DNA of 64,000 bases, taken from assembly GCA_963848965.1 (NCBI GenBank), contig CAWKFG010000001.1, positions 320,001 to 384,000 on the forward strand, in the 5' to 3' direction. The stretch comes from an uncultured bacterium (GTDB taxonomy: Bacteria > Babelota > Babeliae > Babelales > Babelaceae). Positions within the stretch are counted from its first letter, which is position 1. The number at the start of each line of letters is the position of its first letter. Under the pieces are notes generated by a model, which saw only the letters and a list, made by a program, of their open reading frames with translations, was not told the DNA's origin and did no database searches. Made by a program: the position numbers and the translations under genes. Below, piece by piece: positions 40,001 to 49,289 of the stretch.

Positions 40001-41158
40001 AATATCCTGTAGAGCAGGATCGGCACCGTTTTCAAGGAGAAGTTCAATAACCGTTTTTGCGCCTTGTACTAACGTATCTGTAGTTGCATAGCATTTACAT
40101 GCCTGCATTAAGGGAGTAATACCATGTCTGTCCTGTCTATTGACTTCAGCTCCAGAAGATACTAGTACTCGAATGATTTCAATATATTTCGTAAGAGCTT
40201 GTTTATTATCTACTAAAGATATGTGTCCAAGAGCATGAGCTAAGGGGGTAATCCCTTCTTTGTTTGCTTTATTTATAAGGACAGAATTGGCAAGTTCCAG
40301 AACACATAAAACCTCTCCAGAGCTAATACCATAGTGTAAGGCGGTGTTACCATTTTTATCGTGGTCCAAAAGATGGCCATTGTGCTTAAGAAGAGCGCGA
40401 ACCACGCGCCATTGGCCTTTTTTTGCAGCATGTATCAAAGGCGTTAGCGCAATATCAGTGTTTATGTCTGTAGGTGACACTTTAGATTCTTGTTGAGAAG
40501 AAAGCTGTTGTGCCTGTTGCTTTGCAAGGCTTTCAAGATGAGCCATAAGAGGTTGTGATTTTTGTACTTGTGGATAAAGAGTAAGTATTTGTGGTACTGC
40601 AGTTTTGCAAGATGGTGTACATTGTACAAATATATATAAAGGAACCCTGTTTTCTGCTGTTATTAAAAGCTTATAGACAAGTTGGTTACCTCGTTGCTCT
40701 TTCTTGATAATGTGAGTTTTTCCGGTAGTAACAATGCCCTGTACATACCGTATTATATCTTCTGTAGCCCAATGATAAGGGAAAAAAGCCTTTGGTTTAG
40801 GTAGTAGAGTGCCTTTATAAATGATAAAGCCTTCATGAAAGTCATGTATGTTTTTTGAAGTAACTATCCAAAATTCTGGCGAAATTTTATAGACTGTGCC
40901 GTATCCAAGATCTTCTATGATAGGATCAAGAAGAGCACACCAGTGCAAGCCTAATATTCTTGCTGTATGATCTTTGGTGATACATTGGTAAGCACTAATG
41001 TGAGTGAGTACATCCTCTAATGATATATCATAATATTTGTTATCAAGCGAAAGAGAGATGGTGGTACTTTTTCCTTTTTCTTTCTCCATGCCAAAAGAAG
41101 AGAGAAAAAAGCACAACAAAAAACTTTGAAAGTATAAAAGTATAACATATGTACTCAC
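37058..41158 (-). CDS. Large secreted protein: EndoU-like nuclease domain, many ankyrin repeats, C-terminal hydrophobic region
   Basis: THI...ILGLH...KAFFPYHW..EDI...ILTLYP; repeated GxTPL/TAL ankyrin motifs. Confidence 0.75.
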   Translation of the reverse strand: MSTYVILLYFQSFLLCFFLSSFGMEKEKGKSTTISLSLDNKYYDISLEDVLTHISAYQCITKDHTARILGLHWCALLDPIIEDLGYGTVYKISPEFWIVTSKNIHDFHEGFIIYKGTLLPKPKAFFPYHWATEDIIRYVQGIVTTGKTHIIKKEQRGNQLVYKLLITAENRVPLYIFVQCTPSCKTAVPQILTLYPQVQKSQPLMAHLESLAKQQAQQLSSQQESKVSPTDINTDIALTPLIHAAKKGQWRVVRALLKHNGHLLDHDKNGNTALHYGISSGEVLCVLELANSVLINKANKEGITPLAHALGHISLVDNKQALTKYIEIIRVLVSSGAEVNRQDRHGITPLMQACKCYATTDTLVQGAKTVIELLLENGADPALQDIENNTALIHAVSYNQPLLFEALLPYSDETIRNNKGETAFIIAQKRQLTDIIKCFDRYATLKQLWIKEHQANEFLYYVAQQNLLKARLHLSVSSLNALDAFGQTALYYALKNNDHKMIRLLLNANADLYQQIHGIPLYKYIDKTTCQEIKELILKRIKPAQEPLEQEKKVQAQEKLTILKKQIMEDHLDQRGIELCKEFKTMRIDKQGTNLFLYAVKKGKRTAALQMLEQVPDIQEDDEGNDALLIALTLQDRTTLEALIKSQQIKEYFLERCLTRCFQLVQDHGDIHHRAITSMGNTYPQLSIKTVQSMIERNTSQLITLLERNLIVLQPHHAGELLHTAIRYKATSLIEKLLELYPYCIHYRNSQGQAALMLAAQEEYSAAIKLLLSKGADINAKDSSGKGVLDYAPLKGATRSLLQTFPLELAQEEQQQKLEKKVSLIREKEQRNISVQGWTPLMVAAYENNSEVLEAEKVHVNQTTSQGLTPLMIAAYNNSTEACHSLLAAQGIEVDKQDTAGYTALTYAAQRQHDNILELLVRAGANPLFMNKDRKTALSFVVPGTCTYDLLQAGIKGWIKKNGEALEHIKERGSLERTLSQWNATLDIANLPESSRGYLLTTVGKSLAQQARVSFTSFAQSIFNNDSEVLKLFAHIPEANLLFNIKEATTLLHLLKLGMRKWLENRAQCISTDNYLEAKKTLISLSKEINLTALPQEEKALFLKHIYTDLKKDIHMGIAKLLGKHLDIIQSNTRAQCSNKKIAQFLCAAFLPVCGFFLYWLWLQYTLTYDGFLLNTAQEDIHFRWTPELLKYHISAHDEPTSDYSATLTNSTTNHVINDLMPGHVFVCLTQILGMQLTNGRQAYSIGCDGTLYTLSSTHTVDYFLSYFLNSPIKAYSYFYNTNGLYGIGQGLYYFYIQILRFFCDYAISLQKLQNDGHYTTTQIETSVSIAACFEVTSARFMAIIAGHFALITELLLMHYLYHARQ

Positions 41159-41448
41159 AACTAGTTCCCCCCTTCATGAGATCGTTTTAACGACTTTTAT
41201 CTTTAAGCAAGATTTTAACGAAAATTGAGCGAGAATTTTCTATCGAACCCTTGCTAAGACTATAGCCGACAAGCGCCTTGAGCTACAAAAGCTAAAAAAG
41301 CTTTTCTTTCTTATGTTTGAGTATACTAATAAGTGACATAGAGGTCTAGAGCAGGAACTGTTCAAAGTAATGCTTATTGAGAGACCATAAGACTTGTCGA
41401 TAGAAGGTTAGAGACGTCTCAGTGAAATAGATGTAGTTTACGAAATTT

Positions 41449-42339
41449 CTATAATACTGCACATACTCTATAAGGGATGTGCGGCTGTTTGGGAATGATT
41501 AAGAGATCATTATTATCCATGATAGAAATGATAAAGTGATTGATTGCAATTTCATTAGCTATACTTCTTTGCTTATCTAAAAGTGTTAGAATAGAAGGAA
41601 GCTGCTTAATAAACGCTTCTTTAAGAAGAAAGTCATTATGCCCAGGGCTTGCGTTGTTGAGTAAAATCTCAGCTTGTATAATGTTTTTGTGTGGCTTAAA
41701 TATACGCTCTGAAAGCACAGGTATCCCATAGGAAAATCTCTGTGGATCACATATTTGAGCAAAGTCTGTAGCAGAATAGAGATGGTAGATTTTCTTAAAA
41801 AGAGGAGATGTTATATAAGTACAAGTGTTTTCTTGTACAGGACAGGATATTAATACAAGTCTGTCGACAGTAAAGGAGTAATTATTTTCTTCTTCTGCTA
41901 TTTTAGCAAGATAGAGAGCAATAGTAGCGCCATGACTATGTCCTATTATAGTGAGTGGCTCTTTGCAATGTTTACATATCCACTTATAAAGAGATCGTGC
42001 AGCTTCTAAACGAGCATTTATGGTAAGCTTACCAGACCATCCATAAAGGTAAAAAGAGTCAAGAGGAAATTCCTCTGGTGCTATAGTAGCTAATAAAGAT
42101 GCAATGCGGCCGAGTGTAGAGTATGTTGGTTGTTCTTTGGCATAACAGGCACCAGCAGGGCTGTATACACCATGATAATAATACGAGACGATCGGAAACA
42201 ATGTTCCATGAATAAGAATGGTACTGTTTTTAGAGGGAATTTGTTGAGAGGGAACCGTTTCTCTTTCCATTCCTTGTAAGCTTATAGATGCCACCAAAAG
42301 CATATAAAAAATAGACAGTATTTGCACCATAATTTTCAT
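41449..42339 (-). CDS. Secreted alpha/beta hydrolase, paralog of 30781..31644
   Basis: IHGT, WSGKL...R..AA..L, GHSHG, LYS.TD. Confidence 0.8.
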   Translation of the reverse strand: MKIMVQILSIFYMLLVASISLQGMERETVPSQQIPSKNSTILIHGTLFPIVSYYYHGVYSPAGACYAKEQPTYSTLGRIASLLATIAPEEFPLDSFYLYGWSGKLTINARLEAARSLYKWICKHCKEPLTIIGHSHGATIALYLAKIAEEENNYSFTVDRLVLISCPVQENTCTYITSPLFKKIYHLYSATDFAQICDPQRFSYGIPVLSERIFKPHKNIIQAEILLNNASPGHNDFLLKEAFIKQLPSILTLLDKQRSIANEIAINHFIISIMDNNDLLIIPKQPHIPYRVCAVL

Positions 42340-42427
42340 CTCTCGTAAAGGGTCTTATAGAGACTATACTACTATAAGAATAGGATACCTGCAAAGGCAA
42401 CAGAGATTACTCTGTATGATTACCTTC

Positions 42428-43078
42428 TTATGATGTTGCAAGTTTTGCTACTTTTGCTATATCTTTAATGCTGCCTGCACAAATAAGAATGTCTCCTTCT
42501 CGAACAATATGATCTTCTTCAATAAGGACAATTTCGTCTTTTATTTTTCGTCCAATGCACATAATGTTATAGGTGCTCGGTAGCTGAAGATCTTTGATTG
42601 TATATCCTACAAATCTTGTAGGAGCAGCTATCTCGCTGATGCAGTAGTCGGGACTTAAACGACTTATTGCTTTAAATGGTAAGCTCAAAATATCGGCAAG
42701 CCGTCGTCCTACTTCTCGCTCTGGTAAAATAACTTGATCTGCTCCAATAATCTGAAGAATATCTCTGTGGATATCGCTTATTGAGCGGGTAATGACTTGA
42801 GGAACTTTGAGCCTATGTTTTAAAAGAGCAGTAACAAGTATAGATTGAGCAAAGTTTTCGCCCATAGCCACAATAACAGTATTCATCTCTTCTGCGCCAA
42901 TAGTACGTAATGAATCTTCATCAATAATACGCATGCAAATAGCTTGTGTAACTTTATCTCGTATAGAAGCTATAATAGATTCATTACTATCAACTGCAAG
43001 CACCTCCATGCCATTATCTGCTAATGTTATAGCTACATCGTAGCCAAAACGGCCTACTCCAATAACACAAAATTTCAT
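42428..43078 (-). CDS. ktrA: Ktr/Trk potassium uptake regulatory (RCK) subunit
   Basis: IGVGRFG nucleotide-binding motif, PEREVG. Confidence 0.88.
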   Translation of the reverse strand: MKFCVIGVGRFGYDVAITLADNGMEVLAVDSNESIIASIRDKVTQAICMRIIDEDSLRTIGAEEMNTVIVAMGENFAQSILVTALLKHRLKVPQVITRSISDIHRDILQIIGADQVILPEREVGRRLADILSLPFKAISRLSPDYCISEIAAPTRFVGYTIKDLQLPSTYNIMCIGRKIKDEIVLIEEDHIVREGDILICAGSIKDIAKVAKLATS

Positions 43079-43087
43079 ATGTTTCCT

Positions 43088-44422
43088 CTAGCTCATCATA
43101 AGTCGTTCTTCTGGATATTGAAATTCTACTTTTTCTTGTCGTGCTTTCAATGCTAAAAGCATAGTAAGCGAGCCAACTCGTCCAATAAACATGTTTGTTA
43201 TAATAATAAATTTTCCAAGCACTGATAAATAGGGTGTAATATCTGTTGCTAATCCAAGATTAGTAAACGACGATACTGCTTCAAAAAAGATACTAATAAA
43301 TTTACTCTGAGGTTCAGTAAGAAGAAGGCAAAATGTGCTTACAATAACCCAAAAAATACTGAGTGAAAGTACAGCCATAGCTTTAAACACTTGATCTTGA
43401 GGAATACGTCGTCCTTTTAGTTCAACAGCCATCCGTCCTGTAATAACAGAACGAATCGTTGCTAAAAATATAGCAAAGGTAGTAACTTTAATACCACTTC
43501 CTGTAGATCCTGGTGATGATCCTATAAAGCTATACATGATTATCATAAATACGGTTGCTGTGTGTAACGTAGTGATATCTATAGAAGTGAGTCCTGCACT
43601 ACGATAAGTGATTGCGTTGAATATCATATTACTGAGAGTAACCAACCAAGAGCTGCTGCCAAAATGAGCAGGAGCTTCAAGTATAAGTAACAGAAATGTT
43701 GCTATGACCAAAGAGATGATAGTCATTGTTACTATAACTTTTGTAGTAAGCGAGAACGTATAACGCTTACGATTAATCTTTCTTTTGAGGTACAGGAAAA
43801 GCTCGTACCATGTCATAAATCCAAGACCACCGCTCAGTACTAAAAATCCTGTTATAGTAAGCATAGGAATATTGTATGCAAAGGGAATCATACTATGACC
43901 AAAGCTACTTAATCCTGCATTGCAAAAAGAAGAGATGCTATGAAAGATTGCATGAAAGAGCGCTTCAGAGGGAGGGTAATAAGGAATGATAAAAAAGTAT
44001 ATTAGAAATGCTCCTAATGACTCAAGGAGTACTGTGAGCGTTATAATGAAAAAGAGAACACGACGTGTATTTTTCCAGGTTTCAAGTTCAAGAACTTGTC
44101 CAAGCATAAGTTGTGTTGCAAATCCTAAATTAAAAAACAAAGAGATTAAGAAAAGAGAAAGCGTTAAGAGTCCAATACCCCCAATTTGAATAAGTGCTAG
44201 AATGATGCTTTTTCCAAAGAGAGTAAAAGAATCAAAGGGTACGGTAAGTACTCCTGTAACGCAGGTAGCAGCAGTAGCTGTAAAAAAGCAGTCAAGCACA
44301 GAAACAGGTACTTTTTGTGCTCCAGGAAGCATCAGAAGAACCGTTCCCAAACATATAGTTAAAAATATAGACAGCAATACAGTTCTGCCTGGCGAAAAAA
44401 ACATACGCTTGCGTGGTGCCAT
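43088..44422 (-). CDS. ktrB: Ktr/Trk potassium uptake membrane subunit
   Basis: CVTG, FCNAG, RSAG, SPGSTGSGIKVTTF, FIGRVG. Confidence 0.9.
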   Translation of the reverse strand: MAPRKRMFFSPGRTVLLSIFLTICLGTVLLMLPGAQKVPVSVLDCFFTATAATCVTGVLTVPFDSFTLFGKSIILALIQIGGIGLLTLSLFLISLFFNLGFATQLMLGQVLELETWKNTRRVLFFIITLTVLLESLGAFLIYFFIIPYYPPSEALFHAIFHSISSFCNAGLSSFGHSMIPFAYNIPMLTITGFLVLSGGLGFMTWYELFLYLKRKINRKRYTFSLTTKVIVTMTIISLVIATFLLLILEAPAHFGSSSWLVTLSNMIFNAITYRSAGLTSIDITTLHTATVFMIIMYSFIGSSPGSTGSGIKVTTFAIFLATIRSVITGRMAVELKGRRIPQDQVFKAMAVLSLSIFWVIVSTFCLLLTEPQSKFISIFFEAVSSFTNLGLATDITPYLSVLGKFIIITNMFIGRVGSLTMLLALKARQEKVEFQYPEERLMMS

Positions 44423-44462
44423 ACTCTCTGCTCCTCAGAAATTTATGTCAGTATAGCATGTG

Positions 44463-45029
44463 CTAATGAATAAGGAACCACATACCAATAAAAATAGCAA
44501 GAGCTCCTATGGCAAAATAATAAAAATATTCATTAAGATAGTACTCAAGCTTATCTCCCCATATGCTGATACCTGTGGCAATAGCAAAGAAGCGTATGCC
44601 TCGTGCAATAAGCGAGAAAAAAATAAAAGGCAAGAGTGGTAACTTACAAAAACCTGCAGTAAGAGTAAGTGCTTTAAAGGGCATAGGAGTAAGAGCTACT
44701 GCAAATACTGTCCATGCTTGATATTTTTTAAACTGCTCTACAAGAATATCAAACTTTTCTTGAGAGATAAAAAAACTAATAATATTTTTTCCAGCAGCGT
44801 TCCATAACATGGTTCCTAGATAATATCCAGCTATTGCTCCTAAAGCAGAAGTAAGAGTAGCAATAGTCGCATACCAAAAAGCTTTACGTCGATTTTGTAG
44901 GCAATAAAATGCCAGTAGTGTGCTTACTGGTACTATAAAGAACCCCTCTATGAATACTAGAAGCCCAAAGAGGGAAGTTCCATAAGGAGAGTGTACATGC
45001 TTACCGAGCCAATTATAAATACCCTTCAT
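44463..45029 (-). CDS. YqaA/DedA (VTT-domain) membrane protein
   Basis: TPMPFK..TLTAG, RGIRFF motifs. Confidence 0.8.
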   Translation of the reverse strand: MKGIYNWLGKHVHSPYGTSLFGLLVFIEGFFIVPVSTLLAFYCLQNRRKAFWYATIATLTSALGAIAGYYLGTMLWNAAGKNIISFFISQEKFDILVEQFKKYQAWTVFAVALTPMPFKALTLTAGFCKLPLLPFIFFSLIARGIRFFAIATGISIWGDKLEYYLNEYFYYFAIGALAIFIGMWFLIH

Positions 45030-46342
45030 GCAGCTCTTTCTGTCTGCTTTAAGTAGTCGTGAATACGCTCAAATGGTATACGCTCTTGAAGCATGCTATC
45101 TCTGTGACGTATTGTTACTTGCTGGTCTTGAGCACTTTCAAAATCATAGGTAAAGCAGAAAGGAGTACCTATTTCATCTTGACGTCGATATCGTTTGCCA
45201 ATGGAGCCAGATGCATCATATTGAAGCATATATCCTTTACTCTTATAGTCTTGATAAATCTTTTCCATAGGTTCAGTCTGCTCTTTTGTAAGAGGCATAA
45301 AGGCTGCTTTATAAGGAGCAATTTGTGGAGCAAATTTAAGCACAACGCGCGATTCACCATCGACTATATCTTCATGATAAGCATCAAATAAGAGTGTTAA
45401 AAGCAAACGATCGGTTCCTACAGAACATTCGACAACATGAGGAACATAAGAAGTTTTTGTCTCTTCATCAAACACAGAAAGGTCTTTACCTGAGTATTTC
45501 ATATGCTGAGTAAGATCGAAGTTTCCTCTATTTGCAATTCCTTCAAGCTCCTTCCATCCAAAAGGAAAATGATATTCTATATCAGAAGTAGCTGTTGAAT
45601 AGTGAGAAAGCTCATCTTTTTCATGTGCACGTAATCGTATTTTTTCGGGATCTATCCCTATCGTTGTATAAAACTGTTTGCGATGTGCTGTCCAGAACTC
45701 AAAGAATTTAACTGCAGAAGATGGCGTGCAGAACCACTCTATCTCCATTTGTTCAAACTCTCTCATCCTGAAAAGAAATTGCTTAGGAGTAATCTCATTA
45801 CGAAATGCTTTGCCTATCTGTGCTATACCAAAAGGAATTTTTACGCGGTTACTTGAATAAACATTCTTGAAGTTAATAAATATCGATTGCGCTGTCTCCG
45901 GTCGTAGATAAGCAATTGAACTCGTATCTGTAGATGCTCCTACATGCGTTTTAAACATAAGATTAAATTGACGTACATCTGTCCATGTTTTATTACCGCA
46001 ATGAGGACATGGCTTATTAAGATCTATATCATCTGCTCGAAAGCGACGTTTACAGGTAAGACAATCTACCATAGGATCTTGAAAACTTTGTACGTGGCCA
46101 GATGCTTCCCATACTGCATGAGGCCCAAGAAGAGCTCCTTCAATATAAAGAATTTCAAGGCCCGTAGAGTTGAGAGACTGTGTCCAAGCAGCACGAATAT
46201 TGTGCTTTAAGAGAGCTCCCAACGGTCCTATGTCATAGACGCCATTAAGGCCCCCATAAATCTCTGCTGATTGGTAAACAAAACCACGCCTTTTACAAAG
46301 TGAAACAAGCTTTTCAAGAGTAACAGATGATGTATGTGTCAT
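45026..46342 (-). CDS. glyQS: Glycine-tRNA ligase, alpha2 dimeric type
   Basis: LCKRRGF..EIYGG, LRPETAQ, FRNEITP..F.FR.REFEQME, IGKRYRRQDEIGTP. Confidence 0.96.
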   Translation of the reverse strand: MTHTSSVTLEKLVSLCKRRGFVYQSAEIYGGLNGVYDIGPLGALLKHNIRAAWTQSLNSTGLEILYIEGALLGPHAVWEASGHVQSFQDPMVDCLTCKRRFRADDIDLNKPCPHCGNKTWTDVRQFNLMFKTHVGASTDTSSIAYLRPETAQSIFINFKNVYSSNRVKIPFGIAQIGKAFRNEITPKQFLFRMREFEQMEIEWFCTPSSAVKFFEFWTAHRKQFYTTIGIDPEKIRLRAHEKDELSHYSTATSDIEYHFPFGWKELEGIANRGNFDLTQHMKYSGKDLSVFDEETKTSYVPHVVECSVGTDRLLLTLLFDAYHEDIVDGESRVVLKFAPQIAPYKAAFMPLTKEQTEPMEKIYQDYKSKGYMLQYDASGSIGKRYRRQDEIGTPFCFTYDFESAQDQQVTIRHRDSMLQERIPFERIHDYLKQTERAA

Positions 46343-46674
46343 TAAAATCTCCTACTGCAGTCAGACGCTTCAGTATGTCCAACACCCATAGTTCTTTACC
46401 GGTTATAGTACGCTATCAAAAGAAAAATAGTTATTTTATGTACTTCTATAAGTATATACCACTCTGCTTATTTGAGCAATGAACAGTACACAAGGGGGAA
46501 TTATAAATCAGTATACTACTTGTTCTTTTATGTGTATAAGTGCTTTCTATAAGGTTAACTTGCGAGTTAAGAATTTTTATGACAAAAATAAATTGCTTAC
46601 TCTTGACTTCATTTATAAATTAAGACTACTATAAAGTCATGCTGCAGTATTAACCACTTAAAAAGGGAGGCGAT

Positions 46675-47553
46675 ATGAAAGTGAATTTTACTGCGAAACG
46701 GATAGCACTTGCTCTCTTGTTAGCACCGATAACGGGTGTACAAGGGACTGGTTACGGCTATTATGCTGGTAATAACGGGGCGTGTTGCCCGCCAGTAAGC
46801 TGTGGCTATGCACCGTTCGAATGTGGCGCACTCAACTTTGAATTCAAAGCGGGTGTAGCGCCAAAAATATGGACAGACAGGGACAGAGTGTTCGGTGTAG
46901 CACCTCAAGTTCCGTCACCACGTGGGCCGTTTGTTGACCTTGTGAAACTTCCACGTTTCCGTTGCTTATACAAGCTACCATGGACTGTAGGTTTTAAGCT
47001 TGGATGGCTCTTAAGCTGTAACTTGGAAACATTCCTTGAGTTTAACTATACTCAAGCAGATGCAAGAAGAAGATTCAGCTTTGGAGTTCCATTAGACGGT
47101 GTTAGCGCATCAGTTAATGTACGACCAACAAACAAGCTTAAAGAATTCAGCGGATTCTTAGGTACACGTTACTATTGGAACAGATGGTTCTGCAATACAA
47201 CGTCATGGTTCTTTGGTGCGAAATTGGGTGTAACTCATACTCGTGCTCGTTGCTTTGACTTTGTAGTTTCAGGAATTCCAAATACAACAGACTTTACTTC
47301 AGATGTTGGCAGATTGTTTGACAGACATACATCTGTAGCTGGCGGAGTTCATACTGGTTTTGATGTTAAGTTGTGGTGCGGCTTCTCCTTTGTATTCACT
47401 GCAGAGGTTGTAGCAAGCTGCGGTCCTCGTGGCAACCAAAACTTTATCCAAAGTACTCCTACACCAGGACTTGGAATTACAAGTGTACATATTGGATCAG
47501 TCGGTACGGAAGTTACATTCCCAGTTACCTTCGGTCTTCAATATACATTCTAA
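46675..47553 (+). CDS. Cys-rich putative outer-membrane beta-barrel protein
   Basis: Strong RBS, signal peptide, CCPPVSC, amphipathic strands, terminal GLQYTF. Confidence 0.65.
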   Translation: MKVNFTAKRIALALLLAPITGVQGTGYGYYAGNNGACCPPVSCGYAPFECGALNFEFKAGVAPKIWTDRDRVFGVAPQVPSPRGPFVDLVKLPRFRCLYKLPWTVGFKLGWLLSCNLETFLEFNYTQADARRRFSFGVPLDGVSASVNVRPTNKLKEFSGFLGTRYYWNRWFCNTTSWFFGAKLGVTHTRARCFDFVVSGIPNTTDFTSDVGRLFDRHTSVAGGVHTGFDVKLWCGFSFVFTAEVVASCGPRGNQNFIQSTPTPGLGITSVHIGSVGTEVTFPVTFGLQYTF

Positions 47554-47572
47554 GAAAGCTTTTGGGTTTTCA

Positions 47573-47602
47573 GGGTATGCTCTCGGGCATACCCTTTTTT
47601 TT
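47573..47602 (+). terminator. Rho-independent terminator
   Basis: GGGTATGC...GCATACCC followed by long T run. Confidence 0.8.
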
Positions 47603-47605
47603 ATA

Positions 47606-49081
47606 CTACTCTGTTTTTGAAGCTCTTTCTTTTTCTGCGTTTTCCAGAAGTTCACGTATAGCATTCCTTCTTTCTATATATACATTGATGTCATTTGTAT
47701 CTATCTGCATAATTTCTAATATGGAGTAAATATCTCCTTGTTGGTACATAAGATGTATGTTCGCTTTATATTTAGGTGAAAGAAGAAGCTTAATCATCTC
47801 TATGTTACCCTTTTTTACTGCAACCATTAAAGCAGAGAAATGTAAGTGAGTTCCTTTTAATTGATGGTTTATATGTGCTCCATGCTCTAATAGAAGTTGA
47901 ACAATTGTAGTATGGCCTGTAAGGGTCGCTGCAATTAACGGGGTTAATCCTCCCCTATTTTCAAAATTAACATCAGCTTTATTAATAAGTAGAAACTCTA
48001 TCATTTCTTTATGGCCGAAAGCTGATGCAATAATTAAAGCAGTTTGTTGTGCAGAGTCAAGTGGTTCAATATTTTGATAAAGGAGAGAGCCATACGTATT
48101 TTGCATGTTTAAGGGACTTTGGAGACCATTAATACGAGCACCATTTTTAAGAGCGATATGAGCTATTTCAATATTGTTATCTGCAGCTGCTATACACAGT
48201 AGATCTGTAGCTTTTTGCTCTTTATTTGGATCTGCTTTTAAATACTGATCCAAAAATACTAGGGCTTGCGGAGTTTTTAAGGTAGAGCAAACGAATAATT
48301 CATTGATTTGGTTTGATGCTAGATCTTTTACCACTTTAGCAGACTCATCAGAGGTTGCTCTCTCGTATGAGGAGGCGCACATGCTTTGATATATTTGTTT
48401 GACTTCATCAAAAGTGATAGTATTATTAATTGGTACATTTAGAGCCCAGTTAGCTATTTCTTGAGCTAGTTGTGCAATAAAAGGCCTCTCTTGAAACATG
48501 AGTGTAACTACTGCTTCTGACATATCTTTTTCTTGAAGTGAATGTTCTTGAAAATATTTTTGAACTTCTTGGCTAAAGAGTTGTTTTTTTATTTCTGGGC
48601 CTTTTTGGAGTTGCTTAAAGTGAGCGATGAAAGTTTGACCAGTTGTTGTTTTTTTACAAAATTCGGCAAAACGGTCTATTTCCTTGTTGCTAAAGAGAGT
48701 TGTTAACTCTTGAATAACATATTTATGAAGTGGTTCGCTCTCATAATATTGCTTACCCACAGAAAGAAAAAGTCTCATTTTTTCTATAATTTTTTTAAAG
48801 TTCTCAAGATCTGCGGCTGCGGCAATTTTAAAAGGAACGGCGTTAGAAGCTAAAAAGTGATGAAATCTAACATATTCAGCGTCCTCAGGAGTAGGGGTAG
48901 GGTTTAATAAGTCAGGGTTGTTTAAAAAATTCGTAAGTAAAAAAACTTGAGCAACAAGCTCTGTTGGCAGCTTACTGAGGAACGAAACATCATTTTTAAG
49001 GTGGCCTTGCTGTAATGCAGATTCCATGCTAAATAATGGAAAAGCGAAAAGCAGCATCCCTAAAAAGTAGTTTTTCAACAT
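47606..49081 (-). CDS. Secreted ankyrin-repeat protein with F-box-like N-terminus
   Basis: FLSKLPTELVAQVF; TALIIAS.FGH, GLTPLIAA..GH ankyrin repeats. Confidence 0.78.
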   Translation of the reverse strand: MLKNYFLGMLLFAFPLFSMESALQQGHLKNDVSFLSKLPTELVAQVFLLTNFLNNPDLLNPTPTPEDAEYVRFHHFLASNAVPFKIAAAADLENFKKIIEKMRLFLSVGKQYYESEPLHKYVIQELTTLFSNKEIDRFAEFCKKTTTGQTFIAHFKQLQKGPEIKKQLFSQEVQKYFQEHSLQEKDMSEAVVTLMFQERPFIAQLAQEIANWALNVPINNTITFDEVKQIYQSMCASSYERATSDESAKVVKDLASNQINELFVCSTLKTPQALVFLDQYLKADPNKEQKATDLLCIAAADNNIEIAHIALKNGARINGLQSPLNMQNTYGSLLYQNIEPLDSAQQTALIIASAFGHKEMIEFLLINKADVNFENRGGLTPLIAATLTGHTTIVQLLLEHGAHINHQLKGTHLHFSALMVAVKKGNIEMIKLLLSPKYKANIHLMYQQGDIYSILEIMQIDTNDINVYIERRNAIRELLENAEKERASKTE

Positions 49082-49289
49082 GCATATCCTTTCTAATTGA
49101 ATTGCAGTAACTGAATAACGGTGAACTAAAGTCTGAGGCTTTCTTGATCTTTATCTTTAAGTAAAATCAATTTTAGTATAGATTGTCACCATTCCAAGTC
49201 AAATGCTCTTGTAAGCGGTTTGAGATTTTATAATAACGCGATAAACTAAAGAGGAAATCTAATTTTCTCTGTTTTCAGAAGAGGTTCCT

